Source: an uncultured Oscillospiraceae bacterium
Lineage (GTDB): Bacteria > Bacillota > Clostridia > Oscillospirales > Oscillospiraceae
DNA length: 64,000 nucleotides
NCBI GenBank assembly: GCA_944382965.1
Contig: CALWOA010000009.1
Span: 24,500-88,499 of the forward strand
Direction of reading: 5' to 3'
Positions within the stretch are counted from its first letter, which is position 1, and each line of letters opens with the position of its first letter. A model generated the notes under the pieces. The model made no database searches and had not been told where the DNA came from. It worked only from the letters and a program-made list of their open reading frames with translations. Positions 1 to 8,520 of this stretch are shown piece by piece. The position numbers and the translations under genes were made by a program.

Positions 1-403
1 CAAGGTACCGGCCATTGGTCAGCACCTCGGCTTTCTGTACGATCTGGAATTGATCCGGAACATATGACTCTGTCTCGTCCAGTTTGGCCTGGATCCGGGT
101 CTGCGCAAGTGCAGTCAGGGTCTCCATGGCAGCATCGTCCTTTGCCTCGATCAGCCAGATCTCGTCCGCACGCATACCTTCGGAGCAGATCGCAATTTTG
201 TATTGGGCGCAGTCTTCTGTACGAATTCCCAAGAAATTCAGCAATGTGGCTTCATCCGGGAAGAACATCTCGGGAAGGTACTGCTGATAGCCATCGTAAA
301 CTGCCTCCAGATCGACAGACGCAGCTTCCTGGGCGCCATTTCCGCAGCCGGTCAACCCCACGACAATACAAATTGCGATCATTGCACAGATAATCTTTTT
401 CAT
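1..403 (-). CDS. DUF4358-like lipoprotein, 3' end runs off the window
   Basis: Not in the ORF track; translated by hand from the ATG at 403: MKKIICAMIAICIVVGLTGC|GNGAQEAASVDLEAVYDGYQQYLPEMFFPDEATLLNFLGI...EIWLIEAKD...QTRIQAKLDETESYVPDQFQIVQKAEVLTNGRYL. Lipobox LTGC; ATGA overlap with the stop of the upstream SGNH gene. DUF4358 assignment from sequence pattern and its usual MBOAT/SGNH context. Confidence 0.7.
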   Translation of the reverse strand, partial: MKKIICAMIAICIVVGLTGCGNGAQEAASVDLEAVYDGYQQYLPEMFFPDEATLLNFLGIRTEDCAQYKIAICSEGMRADEIWLIEAKDDAAMETLTALAQTRIQAKLDETESYVPDQFQIVQKAEVLTNGRYL

Positions 404-1515
404 ACCAAAGTTCCTCCTTCAGATTCGTACTGCGCATAGTAGCGCATGACTTGCAGCCAGTTCAGGCAGCCCTGTTCATTCAGATGGTAATTATCCACGT
501 TGTAGAGAGTGGACATTCTTCCCCAGTGATCCTCAATGTAAGCATGCAAATCCAGGAACATACAGCCATTTTCCTGGGCAAACTGTCTGATTCCCGCATT
601 GTATTCCACCGTCATCGGGTTGTAGCTGTCCGGAGTTTGCCGTTCCGGATTGTCCACATATTTGGGGATGCTGGAAATCAGGACGATTTCTACACCGGGA
701 CTTTTCTCCCAAATCCGGTCCAGCATGGTACGCCAGTTATCGAATATGACATCCATTTCCAATCCGGCGCCAACATCATTGGAACCCATGAGGAAATACA
801 CACGCTTTACCTGGGACTGCGCGATGGCATCCTCCAGGTACATTTCCCGTCCCTGGAAGTATATATTTTTGTATCTGTTCACAAACCCCCGCATGCTGAC
901 ACCGCCCCGTGCCAGAAAGAGAATATTGCCCAGAGCATTGTCCTTATTTTCATACTGCATCATCATATAGGTGATAGAGTCTCCCACGATGGCAGCATCG
1001 TCAAAATAAGTACAGGGTTCCTTTAGATCCACTTCGGGAACGATCCGCTTTGGTGCACTCAGAATGTCGTCATCCAGAGATTCCAGTTCCTCTCGGGTCT
1101 GTGCCAAGCAGCTTGCAGTGCAGCTTACCTCCCTTTGGTCATACGAGGCGTGAATCACCGTCGTACCCACGCCAACCGCTGTCAGGACGCCATTTTCCAC
1201 CGAGATCACATCGGGATTCTCACTTTCCCAGGTTACCAGTTCCCGGGGGATCAGGCCCAGATACACATCTTCCCTCTCTCCCACCTGAGAAAAGGTGATG
1301 GAGGAGACCGTCAGAAAAAGATTCCCTTCCAGCACCGGCTGGGTTTCTGTTTCTGCGGCAGTGGAAACCACTGTTGCAGCGGCATCGGACTGCCCAACTG
1401 TGGCAGCATCAGATTCCGCAGCAGTCGTGTCTGCCGGTGCACACCCTGCTGTGTGTGCCAGAATTACCGCCACAAACAAGAGGGCACAAAATTGTTTTTT
1501 TACCCTATTCTGCAT
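400..1515 (-). CDS. SGNH/GDSL-family lipoprotein with Ig-like (Big_2-type) domain, paralog B
   Basis: Start reassigned to MQNRVKKQ (RBS GGAAAGG). Lipobox TAGC; Ig-like motif VTWESENPDVISVENGVLTAVGVGTTVI; SGNH blocks GDSIT, ARGG, GSND, DNYHLN. Confidence 0.85.
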   Translation of the reverse strand: MQNRVKKQFCALLFVAVILAHTAGCAPADTTAAESDAATVGQSDAAATVVSTAAETETQPVLEGNLFLTVSSITFSQVGEREDVYLGLIPRELVTWESENPDVISVENGVLTAVGVGTTVIHASYDQREVSCTASCLAQTREELESLDDDILSAPKRIVPEVDLKEPCTYFDDAAIVGDSITYMMMQYENKDNALGNILFLARGGVSMRGFVNRYKNIYFQGREMYLEDAIAQSQVKRVYFLMGSNDVGAGLEMDVIFDNWRTMLDRIWEKSPGVEIVLISSIPKYVDNPERQTPDSYNPMTVEYNAGIRQFAQENGCMFLDLHAYIEDHWGRMSTLYNVDNYHLNEQGCLNWLQVMRYYAQYESEGGTLV

Positions 1516-1565
1516 AACAAGGCCCCGCCTTTCCGTACCCATTTTCCATATTTCTCAAACACCTT

Positions 1566-2654
1566 TCACGAAAGACTGACAGAAGAAAGGTTTCCTCCTT
1601 CTTGTTCAAATTGCGCATAAAAACGGAGCAGTTTGATCCAGGCAAGGCTTCCTTCCCCATTCATGTGGAATTCATCATAGCAATAGACGGCGGGCATCCT
1701 TCCGTAGTGATCCTGGACGTAGCGGCCCAAATCAATTACGGCATACCCTCTGTCCGCAGCAAGCTGCTTCAGCTGTGTTGTAGCATCCGCTACGGCAACG
1801 TTGTATGAGGATGGCTCCGTTTCCTCTGTGAAACCAGGAATGTTCGTGATAATGACAATTTCCGTATCCGGCGCTTTCTCCGCAATGCGATCAAGCATAA
1901 TTTCCCAGTTATCCATCAGCTGGATGCGTCCCTGGGAAAACTGAAAATCCAGACACCCCAGCATGAGATACACCCGCTCAACATCTGCAGCGGCGACGAT
2001 ATCCTCTATATGCATTTCGCGTCCCTGGAAATACAGATTCTTGTATCGGCGAACCAGGCTGAGAATGCTGATGCCATATCTGGCCACAAAGGTCATATTC
2101 CCAAGATAATCCTGCTTGCTCTCTTCCTGCATGAGAAGAGATGTGATGGAATCGCCCAAAATAGCGGAATTATCAAAATAAGTGCAGGGCTGACTCAAAT
2201 CAACATCAGGCGGCAGCCGTTTGGGTGCGCTGAGAATCTCTGCATCCAAAGCATCCAGTTCTTCCTGCGTCCGTGCCAGACAGCCTGCGGTGCAGCTTAC
2301 CTCCCGTTGGCCATAGGAGGCGTGGATTACCGTCGTACCCACACCAACCGCTGTCAGAACGCCATTTTCCACCGAGATCACGTCGGGATTCTCGCTTTCC
2401 CAGGTTACCTGTTCTCTAGGGATCAGACCCAGATATACATCTTCACTTTCTCCCACCTGAGAAAAGGTGATGGAGGAAACCGTCAGAAAAAGATTCCCTT
2501 CCAGCGCCGTCTGGGTTTCCGCAGGTGCTTGCGCTGAGGATTCCGCAGTCTCCATAATATTGGTTTCTGTGACAGGCGGTTCGGCCTGCACAGCGCAGCC
2601 CCCAAAGGGGACGATCATCCCCAGAACCAACAGCAGCGCTATGACTTTTCCCAT
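1566..2654 (-). CDS. SGNH/GDSL-family lipoprotein with Ig-like domain, paralog A
   Basis: Lipobox FGGC; same Ig-like segment; blocks GDSIT, ARYG, GCLD (block III Asn absent), DEFHMN. Confidence 0.85.
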   Translation of the reverse strand: MGKVIALLLVLGMIVPFGGCAVQAEPPVTETNIMETAESSAQAPAETQTALEGNLFLTVSSITFSQVGESEDVYLGLIPREQVTWESENPDVISVENGVLTAVGVGTTVIHASYGQREVSCTAGCLARTQEELDALDAEILSAPKRLPPDVDLSQPCTYFDNSAILGDSITSLLMQEESKQDYLGNMTFVARYGISILSLVRRYKNLYFQGREMHIEDIVAAADVERVYLMLGCLDFQFSQGRIQLMDNWEIMLDRIAEKAPDTEIVIITNIPGFTEETEPSSYNVAVADATTQLKQLAADRGYAVIDLGRYVQDHYGRMPAVYCYDEFHMNGEGSLAWIKLLRFYAQFEQEGGNLSSVSLS

Positions 2655-2666
2655 GGGACGCCCTCC

Positions 2667-4145
2667 TTAAAACGCAAAATAGATGAAAGGATTGTAGCTG
2701 GAACTGACAATATATGCGGTGGAAAGAATCAGCAGCAGCATACATGCAATATTTTTTACGGTCTCGGAGACAAACAAGCCGCCGAATCTGTGCTGCAGAA
2801 AACCCAGGATCGGCGTGGACGATACGGCGCACAGCACAAGCACCGAAGCGTGATTTCGCAGGGCAAAACCCGCGGAAGGATCCGTCAAGGCGTTTCCGGC
2901 AAGAGCAAACATGGCGCGGTAATAATCCACAGCGGCTCCCAATGTGACAGAGCGGAACAGCACATATCCCAGCAGGACCAGCAGCATGGTTCGGGCTATC
3001 TGGAACAGAGCAAATCCGGGGGATTGTGTGTGAATACCACATTTTTTCACCAATTTTTTAAACACAGGCTGGAAAATCAGCGCAGAAATCAGCAACACAC
3101 CGTAGCAAACACCCCACAGGATGTATCCCCAGCTGGCACCGTGCCAGATTCCCGTACAGAGCCAGACCACAGCCAGGCCAACCACCGAGGGTGCCAGCCG
3201 TCCAGCCTGCTTTCCCCAGCGCTGCTTTACCCGTTTGGACAGAGGACCCATTTTCCTGGAAACGGGGTAGAACAGGTAATCCCGGAACCAGGAACCCAAA
3301 GAGATATGCCATCTCTGCCAGAATTCCGCCACTGTCCTGGAGATATAGGGGTAGCAGAAGTTCTCATCAAAATGAAATCCAAACATAAGGCCCAGACCGA
3401 TAGCCATGTCGGAGTAGCCGCCAAAATCGAAATAGATCTGGAAGGCATAGGCAAGGACACCCAGCCAGGCCATGGCAACAGAAAGCTGGGAAGCCTCCCC
3501 AAAACCAAAGGCTTGATCTGCCAGCAAACCGATGCTGTTGGAAAGAAGAACCTTCTTTGCCAGTCCGACGGTAAATCTGCGGATACCTCGGACAAAATCT
3601 TCCAAAGATTCCTGGCGGTTCTGGATTTCCTCAGCCACGGTTTCGTAGCGGACAATCGGTCCGGCGATCAGCTGTGGGAACAGAGAAATATACAGCGCTA
3701 CATTCAGCGGATTTTTTTGCACTTCTCCTCTGCCCAGGGAAACATCGAATACATAGGACATTGCCTGAAAGGTAAAGAAAGAAATGCCGATAGGCAGACG
3801 GATATGGGTCTGGGGAAGGATCCCTCCCAGAAGAACATTCAGATTTTCAATTGTAAAATTCAGATACTTAAATACAAAAAACAGCGAAAGATTGGATATG
3901 ACCATCATTGTGAGAATCCCGCGGCGATAGGCATCATCCTCTCGTCTCACAACCAGCAGCCCGAACAGATAGTTCATGAAAATGGACAGACACATGATCA
4001 GTACAAATTTCGGTTCGCCCCAGGCATAGAACAGCAGGGAAGCCAGCGTCACAAAACCATTACGAAACCTTCTGGGTAAGAAGTAGTACCCTGCCAATGT
4101 AATCGGAAGAAATGCAAACAAAAATACTGTCGATGAAAAAACCAA
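2667..4145 (-). CDS. MBOAT-family membrane-bound O-acyltransferase (AlgI/DltB/PatA-like)
   Basis: Probable TTG start giving MVFSSTVFLFAFLP. Motifs LPIGISFFTFQ, FPQLIAGPIVRY, QIYFDFGGYSDMAIG, NFCYPY, FWQRWHISL and catalytic WHG; ends YNPFIYFAF. Confidence 0.93.
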   Translation of the reverse strand: MVFSSTVFLFAFLPITLAGYYFLPRRFRNGFVTLASLLFYAWGEPKFVLIMCLSIFMNYLFGLLVVRREDDAYRRGILTMMVISNLSLFFVFKYLNFTIENLNVLLGGILPQTHIRLPIGISFFTFQAMSYVFDVSLGRGEVQKNPLNVALYISLFPQLIAGPIVRYETVAEEIQNRQESLEDFVRGIRRFTVGLAKKVLLSNSIGLLADQAFGFGEASQLSVAMAWLGVLAYAFQIYFDFGGYSDMAIGLGLMFGFHFDENFCYPYISRTVAEFWQRWHISLGSWFRDYLFYPVSRKMGPLSKRVKQRWGKQAGRLAPSVVGLAVVWLCTGIWHGASWGYILWGVCYGVLLISALIFQPVFKKLVKKCGIHTQSPGFALFQIARTMLLVLLGYVLFRSVTLGAAVDYYRAMFALAGNALTDPSAGFALRNHASVLVLCAVSSTPILGFLQHRFGGLFVSETVKNIACMLLLILSTAYIVSSSYNPFIYFAF

Positions 4146-4215
4146 GAAGAACACCCTTCTTTCTCGCAAATTGATAATCAGCCAGTGCAGTGTTCTGCAC
4201 TGGCTGAAGCCCTCA

Positions 4216-4452
4216 TCAGGTGTTTTTCCGTATAATATCCACCATCTCACCCACGTTCTTCATGCCCAGTACATCCTTCATGGAGAATTTGAACCCGAAT
4301 GCGTCTTCAACTTCGGAAATCAGGGTAATGTGGGTCAAAGAGTCCCACTGCTCAACATCCGAAGCTGTGGTCTGGGCTGTCACAACGATGTCTTCGTCAA
4401 ATACATCGGAAAAGATCTCACTGAGCTTCTGGAAGATAGCCTGTTCGGTCAT
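4216..4452 (-). CDS. Acyl carrier protein
   Basis: 78 aa, acidic, with phosphopantetheine site WDSLTHITLI; starts 5 nt after the FkbH-like stop. Confidence 0.92.
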   Translation of the reverse strand: MTEQAIFQKLSEIFSDVFDEDIVVTAQTTASDVEQWDSLTHITLISEVEDAFGFKFSMKDVLGMKNVGEMVDIIRKNT

Positions 4453-4457
4453 GGGTA

Positions 4458-6182
4458 CTACTCCTCTGTGATATAATTTTTGTGATATTGAAAATGGGCC
4501 GGATCTGCTTCAAAGCGATTTTCCGTTCTCCGGGTAAATCCCATTTTTTCGTACAAATCTTTTACCATTGCATTTTTGCTGGTGGGAAGATACTCGCCGA
4601 TCACCTTCCGGAAGCCCTGTTCCACCGCAATCTGCATGATCTTATTGACAACAAATTCCTCCATGCCCCGTTTCAGTACGCGGCAGCTCATCAGCCATTC
4701 GCTGATAAACAGGGTCTCCTGAGGCAGCTTGTCCAGTACCACCACGCTGATCAGCCCGTGGTCGCCGAACCGGTCCTGCAAGGTAAAATACAGGCAGATG
4801 TGACTGTCGTCCCGGGCAAGCGCTTCCACCTCCGCCTCGGTATAGCGCACGGTCCTCAGATTAAACTGATTGGAGCGTTGGGTCAGCTGAGAAATCCGGG
4901 GATAGTGGAACGTATCAAAAGGAGCTGCCACAGCCTTCATTTCCAGTCCCGCAAGATAGTCTTCATAGGAGTGGAAGGAAGCTTCAAAAGCAGAGCGTTC
5001 CGCCTGCGTGCGGTATTGGTCGGTACGCAGGGAATCCTCGGCAGAGTAGGAAGCCGCTTCAAATAAGCCCAGCTGCCGCAAGTACGGCAGGTAAAGTGCC
5101 GCATCCTCCGGAAGTTCCGGTACAGTCACCTCCGGAATCATGCTGCGCACCAGATTGCGCTCAAAGGGATTGTCATCCAGAAACACCAAGCTGTCCATGC
5201 CGATATTCAGCGTCTGCTGAATCTTGCGGATATTGCTGGCCTTGTCCTCCCAGTTTGCAATAAAAACAGAAAAATCTTCCAGACGCAGAACCATTTCCGG
5301 ATGTTTCTCAAAGGGCTCCTTGGCAGCGGATTCATTGTTTTTGCTGCAAACCGCCAGAAGTATGCCCCGGTTCTTCAATTCTTTCAGCCATGTCTGAAAA
5401 TCGGAGAAGGCATGGCCTGTGCCCAGCTCGCCGATCTGAATGCCGCCAAGGCCGTCGTCCCCGATGGTACCACCCCAGAGGGTGTTGTCCAGATCCAGAA
5501 CCACGCACTTTTTGATGGTACCGCGGAGTACCTGCACCACGTCCAGCACACGTTTGGCAACAACCGGCAGGGCATCCACACAGATAGGCATTTTTGCGAT
5601 GTAGTATAATTTCGCATCAGAAAAGGCTCCCTGTCCCAGCTGATTCTGGAGGGAATCCAAGTCGATAATATATACATTTTTGGCCTCCTGACATCCTTGC
5701 ATCAGGAGATAATTTAGTTTTCTCTGCTGAAACAGGAAGGAATCCGCCGTTTTGTTCCCGAACTGGCCGAAGACACCGTCATCCAGCAGTGGGAAGTTAC
5801 ACTGCAAGATGGTGGCCCGGGAACCGATACGCCGCCAGACTCCACGAATCCGGTTGAAGACAGACTCAGCAAAGGAGGAACGATCCTGCAGCGCCGTCCC
5901 GCAAAAGCCCTCATAAAGTTTCTGGGTACACATCTGCAGGAGTACGGCATCCGGGGAAAAGTCGTATAGCTCCGAGTGATCGTCCATTACCAGTGCATCA
6001 ATCTGATTATAATCCGCATCGAACACATCCATTCCAAGACCTATGTAGGAAGCATAGCCGCGGATTGCAGTGGACAAAAGCTGGGTGGCACAATCGCCCA
6101 AAACAGCAAGTTTGAATTGCGGCGGAAGTGCCGAATTTCTGTCCATTTTCTTCAGCTGATGAAATGTTGGACCTGTCATCAT
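4458..6182 (-). CDS. FkbH-like HAD-IIIC phosphatase / glyceryl-ACP loading enzyme
   Basis: Start reassigned to MMTGPTF (RBS AGGAGG), 574 aa. HAD motif I VLDLDNTLWGG; CSKNN; VFLDDNPFER; C-terminal RISQLTQRSNQFNLRT, DRFGDHG and WLMSCRVL, all typical of FkbH. Confidence 0.9.
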   Translation of the reverse strand: MMTGPTFHQLKKMDRNSALPPQFKLAVLGDCATQLLSTAIRGYASYIGLGMDVFDADYNQIDALVMDDHSELYDFSPDAVLLQMCTQKLYEGFCGTALQDRSSFAESVFNRIRGVWRRIGSRATILQCNFPLLDDGVFGQFGNKTADSFLFQQRKLNYLLMQGCQEAKNVYIIDLDSLQNQLGQGAFSDAKLYYIAKMPICVDALPVVAKRVLDVVQVLRGTIKKCVVLDLDNTLWGGTIGDDGLGGIQIGELGTGHAFSDFQTWLKELKNRGILLAVCSKNNESAAKEPFEKHPEMVLRLEDFSVFIANWEDKASNIRKIQQTLNIGMDSLVFLDDNPFERNLVRSMIPEVTVPELPEDAALYLPYLRQLGLFEAASYSAEDSLRTDQYRTQAERSAFEASFHSYEDYLAGLEMKAVAAPFDTFHYPRISQLTQRSNQFNLRTVRYTEAEVEALARDDSHICLYFTLQDRFGDHGLISVVVLDKLPQETLFISEWLMSCRVLKRGMEEFVVNKIMQIAVEQGFRKVIGEYLPTSKNAMVKDLYEKMGFTRRTENRFEADPAHFQYHKNYITEE

Positions 6183-6303
6183 ACCAGCCCTCCTGTGCAG
6201 GAAAGGAATCCGATCCAGATAAATTACGCTGCACGATACAACGCGGCGGGATGCTTGCCGTGTCGACAGCGCCCTTACGGCGATGCGCAAGGGGATCGAG
6301 GGT

Positions 6304-6332
6304 ATTTTAGCATATATAACATATAAAATCAA
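6304..6332 (-). promoter_or_regulatory. Putative sigma-A promoter of the fkbH-acp-MBOAT-SGNH operon
   Basis: Minus strand TTGATT-N17-TAAAAT about 120 nt upstream of the FkbH start, in an AT-rich patch. Confidence 0.55.
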
Positions 6333-6356
6333 GTACGACTCGATAAGGGCATCATA

Positions 6357-6725
6357 ATGGCGAAACGGAATAAATACGACCAAATTGATTATCAAAAGAC
6401 ACTTCCTCGTTCTAAGCAGCTTGCCGAACTTCCTCTGGGATTGCACAGCCAGATTCTGGAAAACAGTCTCTCCGGCGGGCAGGCACAGCGTATTGGCATC
6501 GCCCGGGCACTGCTGCGCAAGCCAGCCATTCTCCTTGCCGATGAACCCACAGCAAATCTGGATAGTGCCCTTGCCGATGAAATCGAACATCTATTGATGA
6601 ACTGGCCGGGCACAGCGATATTGATTACGCACCGCAGGAGCAAATTTGTCCTTGATCGTGCCGATGGCATTCTTGAATGCGCAAATGGCACCATCCTTCG
6701 TAAGCACACCGCGGATAACAACTGA
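6357..6725 (+). pseudogene. 5'-truncated ABC transporter ATPase domain
   Basis: Has signature LSGGQAQR, Walker [13 protein letters not shown] and H-loop ITHR, but no Walker A and no membrane domain; N-terminal ~20 aa look unrelated. Confidence 0.75.
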
Positions 6726-6756
6726 CACATCGAGTCCCTCGCTGATTGAGAAAGAC

Positions 6757-6790
6757 ACCCCTGGCTCTTTTGAACCAGGGGTAGTTTTTT
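6757..6790 (+). terminator. Intrinsic terminator-like hairpin
   Basis: ACCCCTGG-N10-CCAGGGGT followed by AGTTTTTT, between convergent ORFs. Confidence 0.6.
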
Positions 6791-6865
6791 ATAAAATTTC
6801 GGTGAACAAAGACGCCAAGCATGCAGAAGGCCATCAAATACAACAGTAACTCAAATCTATACTGC

Positions 6866-8056
6866 TCACTCGTCCAGTACCGACAGGGCCTGCTTCAAAT
6901 CCGCAATCAAATTCTCTGCCCCTTCCAGGCCGCAGTGGATCCGCACAATTCCTCTGGTTCCTCCCAGCCACTGGGCCATCTGGTCCGTATCCTTGTAGCA
7001 GGGCATACACACCAGGCTCTCAAAGCCTCCCCAGGACACACCGATTTTGAAAATTTTCAGTGCATCCACCACCCGCCGTGTCTCGTCCGGCGATGCGTTC
7101 AGCTCGAAGCTCAGCAACCCGCAGCTGCCTTTTTGCTGCCGCTGTGCCAGGGCATACTGCGGATGACTGGGCAGTCCCGGGTAATACACTTTTTTCACAT
7201 GGGGGTTCTTTTCCAGGAAGTGCGCAACCGCCAGAGCATTCTGCTGGTGAGCCGGCAGGCGTACCTCCAGGGAGCGTATTCCCCGCATCACCAGCCAGGC
7301 TTCCATGGGACCAGGAATTCCTCCCAGGAACTCCCGCATTGGGGCTATCTTCTCCTGTATAAAGGTCCGGTCTGCTCCAACCAGGACCCCACCGATCACA
7401 TCGCTGTGCCCTCCCAGGTATTTTGACGTAGTATGCATCACCAGGTCGATGCCCAATTCCAGAGGCCGCTGATACAGAGGTGTACAATACGAATTATCTG
7501 CGTAGGTCCGGATTCCATGCTCCTTGGCCAATGCCGCAACCGCCGCCAGATCCTGTAAAGAAAACACCAAAGACGAGGGGCTTTCCAAAATGATCAAATC
7601 TGTTTGCGGCAAAATGGCCGCTGCAAACTCCGATACCTCCTTACCTTCTACATACGTCACCGACATTCCCAGAGACGGCACACAATACTCATCCAAAAAA
7701 TGACGAATCGGTCCATAGCAGCTTTGTACGCAAATTACATGGCTTCCGCTCTTGCAGACCGAAAGGATCGCAGTAGTGGCTGCTGCCATCCCGGAAGCAA
7801 AGCACAGTGCCATCTGGCCGTGCTCCAGTGCGGCAATTTTTTCTTCCACAATCCGAACCGTGGGGTTTGCCACCCGACCATAGGTGTACTGATCGGGGTC
7901 TGCACCGTTAAAATGCAGATATGCTTCCGTATCCGGGAACACATGCAGGGAATTCATAAAAATCGGCGGGACAACCGCACCCAAAAATTTATCATACTCG
8001 TCTCCCAAATGGGTTGCGACCAGCCGGGAATCCATCCATTGCTCATCCATAACCAT
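6866..8056 (-). CDS. PLP-dependent trans-sulfuration family enzyme (cystathionine beta/gamma-lyase / Met gamma-lyase-like)
   Basis: YTYGRVANPT, FASGMAA, LESPSS, DNSY, PLP lysine in HTTSKYLGGHSD, GVSWGGFESL, RIHCGLE. Confidence 0.9.
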   Translation of the reverse strand: MVMDEQWMDSRLVATHLGDEYDKFLGAVVPPIFMNSLHVFPDTEAYLHFNGADPDQYTYGRVANPTVRIVEEKIAALEHGQMALCFASGMAAATTAILSVCKSGSHVICVQSCYGPIRHFLDEYCVPSLGMSVTYVEGKEVSEFAAAILPQTDLIILESPSSLVFSLQDLAAVAALAKEHGIRTYADNSYCTPLYQRPLELGIDLVMHTTSKYLGGHSDVIGGVLVGADRTFIQEKIAPMREFLGGIPGPMEAWLVMRGIRSLEVRLPAHQQNALAVAHFLEKNPHVKKVYYPGLPSHPQYALAQRQQKGSCGLLSFELNASPDETRRVVDALKIFKIGVSWGGFESLVCMPCYKDTDQMAQWLGGTRGIVRIHCGLEGAENLIADLKQALSVLDE

Positions 8057-8239
8057 TTCCTCCTTTGCAATACAGAAAAGCAGTTCTCTAACGGACTGAT
8101 TTTCTGTTCTATCCTATCTGCACTTTTCGTAAGTGTATTGGATTCCGTTTTATAGTACTATTATTCACAGGTTAAAATCAAGCACTATCTTTTTCAGGAT
8201 TCTACAATTTTCCCGGGATCTTGGAACTATGGCGCAGGT

Positions 8240-8481
8240 GGTTATCTGGTCAGCTACACCATCTCGGACCGATCAGTTCTGAGCATGGTGACCACCATGC
8301 TCAGGCCTTTCCGGCAATTCCGAATGGGGCAGGGTTGATTCTTCATTCTGACCAGGGATGGCACTACCAGCAGATACTGAAAAGCAAAGGCCTGCCGCCT
8401 GCTCTTCACAGACAACAAGCCCTTCCGGTTGTTTGAACAGTTTTTCTTTAAAACTTTGTCTAACTTTTGGGGGTCACTTCA
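8240..8481 (+). mobile_element. Degenerate IS3-family (IS150-like) remnant with one intact terminal inverted repeat
   Basis: Two frames give LVSYTISDRSVLSMVTTML / AFPAIPNGAGLILHSDQGWHYQ (integrase-core HSDQG motif), frameshifted and truncated. Ends in TGTCTAACTTTTGGGGGTCACTTCA (8457-8481), an IS3-type terminus (reverse complement begins TGAAGTGACCCC). Confidence 0.8.
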
Positions 8482-8520
8482 TCTACCAGACGGGTTTCCT
8501 ATTTCTTTTATCTTTCTCGG

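Noticed and set aside
1-6182. Polyketide/methoxymalonyl-ACP biosynthetic cluster
   Set aside because: No ketosynthase, acyltransferase, FkbG/I/K or NRPS in the window; the FkbH/ACP partners are an MBOAT and lipoproteins.
4458-6590. 710-aa version of the FkbH ORF, and the other long upstream extensions in the ORF track (MBOAT, AraC, URO-D-like, NahK, activator, U32)
   Set aside because: The extensions run through promoters or neighbouring genes; downstream starts with clear RBSs give family-typical N-termini.
6357-6725. ABC ATPase fragment as the missing ATPase of the sugar importer
   Set aside because: It has no Walker A and resembles exporter NBDs. Firmicute sugar importers commonly share an MsmX-type ATPase encoded elsewhere.
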